DNA from: Antedon mediterranea
Lineage: Eukaryota > Animalia > Echinodermata
Direction of reading: 5' to 3'
Assembly (NCBI RefSeq): GCF_964355755.1
Contig: NC_092670.1
Coordinates: 1,664,201 to 1,728,200, forward strand
Length of the DNA stretch: 64,000 bases
Part shown: positions 11,601 through 22,137 of the stretch, piece by piece
How the letters are laid out: every line of letters begins with the position of its first letter
How positions within the stretch are numbered: position 1 is the stretch's first letter
The notes under the pieces: model-generated
The model's database searches: none
The model's input: only the letters and a program-made list of their open reading frames with translations
Told to the model about the DNA's origin: nothing
Translations under genes and position numbers: made by a program

Positions 11601-14600
11601 CTGATTACTAGCTGCATTATGGGAGTATGTTTCCATATGTGTTTGATCCCAAAAAATGTGAATGGGGTAATAAGGTTCAGCGCTTAGAGATTTCACAACA
11701 TTAGGCGCTATAAATCCAGGATATTATTATTATTATTAAACAATTATTGTCACTAAATAAACTTTCTTTAGGCCTACACCACTGTCTTGTCTTTTAACTT
11801 TCTTAAGCAATGTCTGCTTCTGCCTAGGACTCATGCTAGACGCATCAAGGTCATCCACAGCTCCTAGGATGGCTTCAGCTGGTATCTTCTCAAGTTCCTG
11901 CATCTCTAGCCCGACTACAGATTTTCCGATGCTACGTAGATCTTCTGAACTCCAGGCTGACGGGTCACCACGTTGTTCCACAACCTTCTTTGCTATTAGT
12001 CGACTTTCCTATAAATAATATATGCACATTTCATATTGTAGAATGTTACATGGGAAAAAAATGGGGAACAATATTTCGTCAAAAGAACTTTTTTTATTTT
12101 ATTTTTATTTTTTTTTCATCACTCCTCAACAGTAACACAAGTCACCAATGCGAAGTTGAAAAAGGTTGTAAATGTGCTTCTTGCAGCAAGTGAAGTTGAA
12201 CCAAGATTGTGTGGCATTTTTGTCAATTAAAGACAGGATGGAAGTTTAACTGGATTTACCAACAGGAGCAGATAAGTTTGAATGTAATAAATGTTATAAA
12301 TGACATAAGAAGCTTTTTACCTTTCCCCTTTTCCTTACAGTGGACGTGAAGACATCCATTGTGATAACCGATGCAGGAAGGTTCTTCATATCTTGAGATT
12401 GTATAAATTGCACCAAATCTCCAAGTCTATTCAATAAGAAAGAAGAATAAATGTCAGTGACTAACAACACCCATAAACAGCAAATAGGAAAAGTAATCTT
12501 ATTACACAATCTTAGTGTGTTTCTTATTTACTTAAGAGTCTTAAGATTAGGATAAGAAATGTCAACATAGTATTATGATGCACCCCAATTCTTACATAAA
12601 AAATCTTTGAATTGTATTTATGTTATACTTTTGGTGATGATGATGAATGGAGTCTTCTTTGTACAAACCGTGTTACGTTTTCAGCTGACCACATCCAAGT
12701 TGAAAGGTCAGTGACGCGATGGACATAGGCACGGGCAATCTGTGCGTTTTTAGCAATAACCTTGGTATCAATAACATTCAGAGATTCATCAATCTGGAAA
12801 GAAACCGATAACATAATTTCTAAATAAAGTTTGGTACACCATGATATACGAAACGCCCTTTAAAATAAAATACAAGTGACCCTTAGAGAAATATTGTATC
12901 CCTGAACAATTTATTTTTTTTAAATTTTGTTGTTGCATATGCCATTTTAATGTTATATAATAGTTACTCACTTTGACCAAAAATTGGATTGAAAACAAAA
13001 TTATTTGCCTAAAAAACCTTTAATTTGTCAAATTGGCTGGGTATTTGGTTAAATTTAACCGTTTGGTTTGGTTTTTTTTTTATAAGTAAAAACTTTGGGT
13101 GTTTTTTTTTTCAGAAGTGATTAACTTAAACAACAAATGGTCTACTCAAAATCTGATTTATTAATCTTCATTTTTCATGTTTTTTGGGGAAAATACATCT
13201 TTAAATAACGTTACCACTTGGTTGGGTATAGCCATAATATCTCGTCTGGATAGTGTTGGCAAGAGGGCATTCACTTCATCCATGTCATCCGCTGTCCATC
13301 GTTGTACTGGTCCTTTTGATTCTTTGTACTTCTGCATTACCACCGTCTGTACAGACTTATCGAGAGCACCCTTATCTGACAGCTCATTTAAAGATGGAAG
13401 CCTAGATCGAAATTAACGGAAGACAATAATGTTATAAACACACAAAAAAAAACATATTCTGTGTGCCTTTGATGTAGTAGAAGTGGGGAAAGAAGAAAAT
13501 CCGTTCACACACGGACACACACAAGCTACCAACATGTAATCGTGAAAAAGCAAAAACTAAAACCTTTATAAATATTGTTTTTAATGTTTAAATATGTGTT
13601 CCTCAATCCAATGCTAACAGTAACTAAATTCTAGATTTTTATACAAAGTGATTTAGTTTCTGATTATTCAAAATAGAAAACTCACAGCGATTGAAATGTA
13701 TCTGATTGGAGTTCTTTAATATGCTCGTTTGAAAGTCCTTGTAAGAAAGGACGCATTGTCTCCGCCTGCTGTGGGTTCCATGTGTCTATTGGTCCCATCT
13801 GGTTAATTCCTGCATCGATCATAGGATGGTAATACATCTTAGGTATATCTATGTCAGAATCATCCTAAAACAAATTTTGCATAATTGTCAAGTGATTCTG
13901 GCAACCGATTATATTATTACCGTGCAAGGCTTAGGATGGATAAAATGTCTTTAAATCAGTAACCTTGTTGTAAATATTATTATTTATTTTTTAAATTTGG
14001 ATAAACATATCAATTTATTTTACCGACGCCACATCCATCATTAATCTCTCAAAAACAGTCCGATTCACATTTGAAAAGATGTGTTGAAATGAATCGATAC
14101 TGAAGTCTGTGGATTCCAACATCACTTTCACCTCGGCGACTGTTAAGTTGGCTACGTAGTCACTCTGAACAAAACGATAAGTAAGTAAGTAAATAAATGT
14201 ATTTTCATTTGGAAACATATAAAAAAGGGTTTCGGCTAACAATCACTAAATCGAACTTAAACTACATCGTGAAACTATCCCCTAATATCTGGACACCATC
14301 CCGGTATTTCTAGAACTGGTTTCGGGGATGGTAAAAAACTAAACCCCGCCGGACACCATTCCGGTATCGGCTCTAAAAAAATAAATGTGAAAACACTAAA
14401 GAAGAGAAAGTAATAAAAACAGTTGACCAAACTAGGACAGCTCGGAGATGAACCGAGTCTTTTGTTTCTGGTACAAATGCCCAACTATTAGACCACCAAG
14501 AGCATGCCTTTATTACCACCAGCGTTTGGTAAAGTGAAACAGAGCTGACAACAGTTCATAATGTAAGCGATATTTGCAAGCAAAAAACATAGTAGAGTAT

Positions 14601-15806
14601 CTAAAGCTCAGTCTACACTATCAAACTTTATGTGATGTGCCCATATATGGACACGATGGCGTCATATCACTACCATATTTGGGCACATCATACTTGTGTG
14701 TCAAAAAGTTTTATAGTGTAGACAAAGCTTTGCTCACACTTAATCTCTTTAAAAGTGAATTAGGTATATAAGCCTCTTTGAAATTCATCTTTCTTTGAGT
14801 AGAATTGTGACGAGTTTCCTGGTGATGCATTTTATTCTTTATCATAATATCAGCAATATTAGGAACATTATTTGGACGATGGTTCATATCTTCATCTCCA
14901 GTGTCGTCTTCATATAAAGAACCAAACATGCAATGTAACCTTTAACGTTAAAAAAAAGATTTTATTATTTGTTTACATATTGTCAGTTTTTTAATTTCTT
15001 AAAAATTCATAATGTAAATCATGTGCAATATCTATACCTGCATGATGTGTTTTTATTCAGTATAAATATGTTAAATTTTAAAAAAAATAAATAAATTTAA
15101 GTTGAGTGTAATGCTAAAATAGGCCTAGGCCCCCTACAGTACCCCACAAAAATCAGGTCTGTATGTTCGATTGATGTGCATCCAAACATACTAATAGTAA
15201 CCAACATATAAAGGTAGTTGTTGTTGGAAAGGGAACAGGACCAGGTTTTTTTTATTAATTTATATTTTTCTTTAAAAAAGAGCTCACTGCCTACTACAAA
15301 CCAAACTTACTCATTATCTGTAACCCTTTCACCAGTTCCCTTTTCACCAGTTCCCTTTTCATCTGAAAAATAAAATGAAAATAAAAACTGAATTAATTTG
15401 TTTAGACGACCTGTGGTAGGCTAACTGTGTAATTTGTTCATCATAAAATTTAAAGTTGTGGGTATATGACCACTTTTCTTCATTCAACTGCTGGGAGTGC
15501 TACCATTTATACATTACTGTATTTAAAATATTATTAATTAATTATGTTGCTTCTTTAATTAAATTGAATTTAAATCATGTAATGCCTAAACTTAATAAGA
15601 GTAGGCCTAGGCCTATTCATTTTTATTTTACCAATTGGTACATGCCAACGATGATCATCTGTAAACATCTGTTGAACGTCTGGCTGCTCTGGACACGAGG
15701 GGTCTGGTCCGACCAGTTTTAGATGTTTACGGGATAAAGCAACCACTGTAGATTCAGACAACATACAGAGGCTGACAACAAGACGCATAAAAAAACAGGA
15801 ATTCAT
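5615..15806 (-). CDS. Otoancorin/stereocilin/mesothelin-family secreted or cell-surface protein, about 25 exons
   Basis: First exon 15806-15632 has a hydrophobic signal (MNSCFFMRLVVSLCML). Many short exons carry the family's helical repeats (GDPSAWSSEDLRSIGKSVVGL; GPVQRWTADDM; LLSLGNLSC; PSCDEIIDLQDGNIAWTVDEL..FHNCFDVLG; YGAIATWLPEIYTEVGTV; ISPAALALLPPDVF). The exact C-terminus and any GPI exon are uncertain. Confidence 0.75.
5987..6126. mobile_element. PIF/Harbinger-type (Tourist-like) MITE, copy 1
   Basis: TIRs AGCTTTGTCTACACTATCAAACT / AGTTTGATAGTGTAGACAGAGCT, flanked by TTA on both sides. Confidence 0.8.
6194..6305 (-). mobile_element. Short Helentron/HINE (DINE-1-like) non-autonomous element
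   Basis: Shares CTCACTATGTCGGT, CACGCGACTGCAGCCA and TATATGGCCTTG with the copies at 18108 and 25162. Confidence 0.6.
9970..10030. repeat. Short palindromic (foldback) MITE remnant
   Basis: TCTAGAAAACTAAGACCTAA-aatatc-TTAGGTCTTAGTTTTCTAGA is a perfect 20-bp stem, preceded by a direct repeat of the arm. Confidence 0.7.
11676..11737 (+). mobile_element. 3'-terminal fragment of a non-LTR retroposon (stem-loop plus (ATT)n tail)
   Basis: AGCGCTTAGAG...GGCGCTATAAAT followed by (ATT)n; related tails occur at 33408-33464 and 57558-57623. Confidence 0.5.
14420..14503 (-). mobile_element. Degenerate tRNA-derived SINE head
   Basis: The minus strand reads GCTCTTGGTGGTCTAATAG...CTCGGTTCATCTCCGAG (A-box and B-box like) with no intact cloverleaf. 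Confidence 0.4.
14605..14729. mobile_element. PIF/Harbinger-type MITE, copy 2
   Basis: TIRs AGCTCAGTCTACACTATCAAACT / AGTTTTATAGTGTAGACAAAGCT; internal sequence shared with copies 1 and 3. Confidence 0.75.
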
Positions 15807-16153
15807 CACTCACATGCAGGCGTTTTTTTTTATCCTGCAAAACTTTTTAAGACTAGGCGTTGGAGCTATATAAAAATAGATGTCTTCTTTTTTGCGCGCT
15901 AGAGGGGCGGCCTAGCTAGTCGAAATCGAAAACGTCTATCCTCTCTCTCCGCCCTGGAGAAAAATCGGCATCTAGCTACGTAACGTGCGCGTGACAAAAC
16001 TTTTTTTTACTATAGGGGGCGCAATATCGTTTTTTTTTTCTTATCCATCAATCAAACACAAATAAAAATAGTTTCGAATATACCTTAAAAATATTCCACT
16101 TTATTTTTTATCTACTTTCATGTTTTTGTGACAATATTTATTCATATATTTGT

Positions 16154-19100
16154 TCATAATTCATGAATATGTACGCAGTTAAGCATGCCGACAAATAGTA
16201 AAGACCTATCAGTCTTTGTATCTAGTAGCTTTACAGTACATCTCCTGCCCAGATGCTCATTTTCAGCAACATAGAACAGGTGGTCTCCATCAAGTTTATT
16301 CGCAAGGTTCTCATTTTCAAGCATCTCTGCCAGGTGGTCTATTTCAGCAACCACCTGACCTGTAAAAATATTCCACACATTTACACTACCATCTTGAAAT
16401 TGCGCAGCTATGTGTTGTGTGTCTGCAGTTGCTGCACCACTATATCTGCAACCAAAAATGTGAAACTGATATTACTATCATTTAGAAAGGCATGCGTGTA
16501 AATAAAATCTTCTAATATCATATTTAAACTCTTCACAACTATTTTGATGAACAAAATGAAAGAAGGAATACTGTACCTTGAAAATGGTTTGTTTTCATTT
16601 GTGTACTCCACAAGTGTGGACATCCTTCCTGTTTCAGGATTAACAACATTTAATTTGATGCATTTTCTGTTGCTGGGACAACAAATCAAGAGAAACAGGA
16701 GACCCTGTTGGTTAGAAAAACATAGTAAAACATCATAACTCTTTCGCGTATATTGTGTTTTGATTAGTTTCATCATTAACCCACTATTTACAATTATATT
16801 GTAAAATAACTTACACCCTCAGTTGAAACATGTATACAATCAGGAGCTTCAAGAAATGGTGATGACCAAGATATGCATTTAACAATCTGACCAAATTTAA
16901 GGTTCCTATAAAAAATAAAATGGATAGAAAATCATTCTTCTCAAATGGAGAATTAATGCAATAAACTACGACAACAATGAAAAAGTGAATCAATCCCAAC
17001 TTTACTCAACATTATACAAAGTGTTGATCTTCTCTGGGAATATGCACATACACAAAGCAATTATAATAATACGGTATTTCCAAGATGAAAAGGAAACTGA
17101 ACAATTACAAAATTATAAATTAAATCTAGCGTACATAATAATTACATTTAGCCATTAGTTCTACAGTACTTTATTACTCATAAATTGAACTAGTCCAACA
17201 AAATCATGACAAGACATACCCAAGTATAATCTCATCTTTGGACAATCCCACAATCCAATTCTGTGTACCTCTGACCTCACAAATGGATGTTATGTTGCCA
17301 GAATATTCACCAAGTTCCACAATGTCTGGTGGTGAGCTACTGTTATCAGATTTAAATACCATAATATTAATATATACCATGAGCAACATAATCAGAATTT
17401 ATTATGCTAAGATAAAAGAAGTCTTGTGGGGAGGTGCGTGGTGCAAAGATAATGATCTATCACAGTAAACCTACATACAAGGAATTACAGCAATGTACCA
17501 ACTGTTTACCAATTGTTTTACGATTTTACACTATGTTATGTGCTACTACAGGATAAGAAAGCAGACTTACTTGAAGTGGGCATCAAGTGCAATGTGGACA
17601 AGTGTTGATACTTCCTTCTGATAATTGTAAATGGAACAAGCAAAACCTTTATCTACCACTGAACAAATGCTGGCCATACAACCTTCTGTCAAGGTGTCTG
17701 ATGCCATTGTAAGATGCTCTTGGAGTTGGCGACTTCCATTGAGGTTGAGGTAAAATAATCTTGTGTTGTAAAAAAAAAAATGTACCCAAGTGTACTTTTG
17801 CATTGATATACTTTGGAATATTTTGTCTTTGATTAGGTACTGTAATAAAGCATTTCAAATAACACCAGTCTCCCAGTAAGAACTGGCAAGGATTTTCACT
17901 AACCTTAAAGATGATGAAGCAAAGTTACCACTTACAACCAGCCAAATGTTTTCAGCCGTATGAAAAAGACAAAGGTTATCAAATGATTCAACCTGTATTA
18001 AAAGAAACAATATAAACTATTTTAATAATGATATAAAAGTACTTATTCTTTGAATATATTGTCACAATGCTGGTAATTGGACCCATTCACCAGCACAAGT
18101 ATTAGACATTTTTAGTTGCGTGCAGCACGACTCTCTACAGCTCACTATGTCAGTAGGTCGGTAAACACTAACTTGAGCACGCGACTGCAGCCACGTATAT
18201 GCTTTGTTATATAAACACTTAATAAAATGAATATGACAGTTACACTAACCATAGGTAGGTGAACGGTTCCATCAACAACCCAGCAACCATCTTCAACTGA
18301 TTCTGACCAAACAACAAGAGATCTCTTGAAACAGACTCCAACAATTGAAGCAACTGTGTCATGTTGAGGGCAGTTTATCACATCAAAGCAAATCATTTTT
18401 CCATCAACATTATGCTGAAAAATTATCTCAATATTAATTATATAATAATAATAAAAGAAAAGAAATAATTGTTATACTTAATTGCATGAAGGCATTTTTT
18501 CCCAATTTCATTTTACTACTGTAGCATCAGTATAAAAACACCTGTATTTTCTAAGCATGAATAAATTAATTCTTATTTACTTTATTTAAATTATAATGTA
18601 ATTTTAAAGACAAGAATTTGAATAAGTTAGGTTCTAACCGATAGACAGCCGTTGAATTGTATTGGTAATTCTAGCAAGTCAGCTTTATCATGAGCTTGAG
18701 CATCAGGAATTTTAGCTGGTTGAGGTGGAGTTCCTGTAGCAACTCCAGAAAATGGGGATTCCTGCGCGACATTGCTACCAATTGAGTCTGTAATTAGAAG
18801 TTCAACCGGTGTTTTTTGTCGATCTTGTTCTAAATCCATATTTTTAGGATCAACATCAATCGGATTATTGGAAACATCAAGGTGCTCTGCAACAGGTGCA
18901 CTTTCGTTCTCATGTTCTGAAGTATTGTTCTGTCTTAGATCATTAATTGGTTCTTCAAACAATTGTTTCTTCTCCAACTGTTTCTCATCGATTCCAACAT
19001 CCCTTTTGGAAATGTTGGAAACACCGCCATCTAGTTTCTGAACACTTCTTTCACTATTGTCTTGATTCAGAGCGTTTTCTAATAATGGTTTTTCTTCAAC

Positions 19101-20945
19101 TATGTTAACTGTATCTATGTTAAATGACTTTTCAACATCACTGCACAATCTTTCAGATGGTTTTTCTTCTTGCAATGTTGTATCAGAATCACTGGAAATA
19201 AGTGGTTCAGAGTTCACATCTGTTGCTGAAAATATTGAAGGAGTTTCAAACACCAATGCACTGCTACCTTCTGAGCAGAGAAGATTTATGGACTTGCTAG
19301 AATGTGTTTCTTCCATAGATTTTTCAGTATTTTCAGGTTTTGATATTGGAATTGAGTAATCTCTATAAAAGCTGTTGTCTGTAGGAGAATATTTCTCTTC
19401 CTTAGTAAAAACAGATTTGACATCTCTGTTAGTAGTCACATACTCTTGATTTCCATCACTTTCCAAATCCAATACTTTGCGATTGTTTTTTTTGTCTAAG
19501 AGTCTTGAAGATTGTCTCACTGACACTGGAGTTTTTCTAACTTTGGCAACTTTCAAATGAACAAAGTCTTTGTCAGGAAGAAAAAAATCTGTGTTGAATT
19601 TTTTAGGAACTTTATTTGGAAATTTCAGGAGGATGCTTCTTTGTGAACAAGATTGTGAAGATGAATATTTTGCATCCATTTCCACACAGGAATAATTGAT
19701 AGTTTTTATAGATGTTCTGGTAGTACGTTTAAAATTATTCTTGTTAAAATCAAGTGGACTGTTGTCGCAAGATTTCACTTTTCTACGGGACAGCTTAGAT
19801 CTTCTTTTACCATGTTGTACTGCACTTTCAGATACACTTTGGAAAAAGTCTTCACTTGATGACAAAATGTCAGTTTGCAATTTGTTTGCAGAATGTAAAT
19901 GTTTATTTGTTTGTGTCCTGGTGGATAATTTCATTCCTTGTGAAGAATCTGTAAGAACTACCCGAGATTTATCAGACTGTGAAATCAAAGAGTTGTCCCT
20001 GCTGACAATTGACTGATCGGATATGACGACTGGTGAATCTTTATTTGTGGTTATATCATGCACATTTTCAGAATCCTTATCTTTGCAGGTTTGGAAGGCA
20101 TTCAAGGTTTTCTCGGACCACTGCCGCCACTTCATACTTCTCGTTCTTCTAACATAATACTCTGCTGGATATGGCATATCTTCAACAAAGATGTGACTGT
20201 TATAACTACAACTATCAAACTCTATGGATTCCTTCAGACTTGGCGCCAAGTACTCCATATCTCGTGATCGTCTCGACATTTTCAATTTTTCTACTTTTAA
20301 AGTCAATGGTTCTTGTGAAGATTTGATTTCTTTGCTTGCGCCAATTATATCCTCTTCACATGAAGGAATATTAGATTTTTCAGTGTTTTTGGTTGCAATT
20401 TTAAATTCCGTATCTTCACTTGAACATGCCATTTTAGTATCAACTATGAAGGACTCTTGCTTTCGATTGTAGTCGTGAGATTCACTGCTTTTTAAAGGCC
20501 CTATACTGGAAGAATGCTTAGGAATTAACCTGTCTTCTTCTGCAAAAGAAAAGGAGACACTACACTTTGATGCTCTTAAAGTAGGAGAACTTGCATGTAA
20601 AAGAGAAGATGGATTTGCTATTGATGAAGTTGATGATGCACTTTTCTCTCTGGCATATTCTGGAGACTCAAGTTTCTCCTCTTCTTTTTGTTCTGCTAGT
20701 TTACGTCTTACGTGTGACCTAGCCCTTGCAGCTTTTTCTGATCTCTAAATAAAATATAAAAATTAACATGAATATTTTTTCATAAATATGGGCAAAATCA
20801 AAACATCCTCTGTGCTTAGAATAGATCTACATTACACTACCTAACAAATTCATCAAAAAGAAAGCAAAATACTGTATTATCAAACCTTAACACTTTGTTG
20901 AATCTTTGCATATTTCTTTTTCATTTCTTTAATTCTTTCCTCCAT
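16154..20945 (-). CDS. PALB2: Partner and localizer of BRCA2
   Basis: A 60-nt coiled-coil exon at 20945-20886 (MEERIKEMKKKYAKIQQSVK). A 2.1-kb exon at 20744-18639 has the ChAM motif YPAEYYVRRTRSM and the MRG15-binding motif DFFLPDKDFVHLK. C-terminal WD40 exons include NLKFGQIVK, GLLFLL..LNVVNPETG and VNVWNIFTGQ, ending HIHEL* at 16154. Confidence 0.9.
18108..18208 (-). mobile_element. Short HINE-like element (same family as 6194 and 25162)
   Basis: TTTTTAGTTGCGTGCAGCACGACT...CTCACTATGTC...CACGCGACTGCAGCCACGTATATGCTTTGTT. Confidence 0.6.
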
Positions 20946-22137
20946 CTGAAAAAAAATCCATGTAAAATTAAATAATGGAGGCTATGGTACTGTTGTATAG
21001 ACAGTTTTTTGGTGTGGATAGTGGCTGCTAAAGCCTAAAATGTAAATGAGATTATGCAAATTGGTCCTGTAACTGTAAATATTGTTAATTAGGAATTAAA
21101 CCAATACTAATAGTATTATTAGGCCTACCACTAACTTATAACCATGGAGGAAATATACAGTATAGGCCTACTGTATATATTTCCTGCATGTTATAACTAG
21201 CCTAGGCCGATCATACTCTAGCTCATATTCCTAACTAGCCTAGGCCTAGTATGCTAGAATAAGTTATTCGGTCTAGACCGAGCAAGACAGTACCTGTAGG
21301 CATAAGCTAGTAGTACTGTACTGGGTGGGCCTGCTACTACTAGTACTAGTAGGAGGCCTCGTAGGCCTAGCTACTGTAGTACTATTTACTGTATAGCCTA
21401 CTACAGAACAGCGATACAGTAGCCTAGACTATAGGGCCTAGCATTTGTATACTTTTAGTTAGGGTGGCCAGCCTAGTCCGGCCTAGCAATGACGTTAACA
21501 AAACTATAAATATTATGATTATATATCGTCAATTAATGTTACTTTTCTTCAATTCTTGGTCTGGTTTTTGTCTGCCGCGCGCTTATCTTAATCGTGTATA
21601 ATCAAGACGCGTACACTTTTATTCAGGTGGATATTATTAAATTAACTTACTTAAAACAATAAATTTATATACTTGGTTATAAAAATACTGGAAATTGATT
21701 TAATAATACTATATTTAACATTGAAAAACAAAGTAGACCTATGTGGATAAATAATGTTAAAACATAGCAAAAATGCAAATATATTACATCCCCACAAAAT
21801 AATAGTACAGTCCATGTTTTGTTCTGAAACCAACCATGCGTGGAAAGTCAAACATTGATGATGATGATGATGCATATTATATAGTGATAAAAAATGTATT
21901 GCAATTTAAACTAAAGCCTTTTTACAAATTTGAATCAACTCTTCAGCATGGGGAAACAAATCAGAATGGTAAGCAAAAAGTAATTTTCTAAGAAGTAGAT
22001 TCTACCGACAGCCACAGGGCCATAGAATAATAAAGTATAACCAGATTGCCCTTAGATACACTAGCTGTACCTGGGGGTCTAGACGCATTTCTATGGCTAG
22101 ACACCATAACATCGTCTGCTGTCTTTTTTTTAAACGG

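Noticed and set aside
14420-14503. Functional tRNA gene
   Set aside because: The B-box is degenerate and no acceptor or anticodon stems could be formed, so it was treated as SINE-like.
18772-20472. Several plus-strand ORFs opposite the PALB2 large exon
   Set aside because: They are antisense shadows of a long Ser-rich coding exon and have no independent features.
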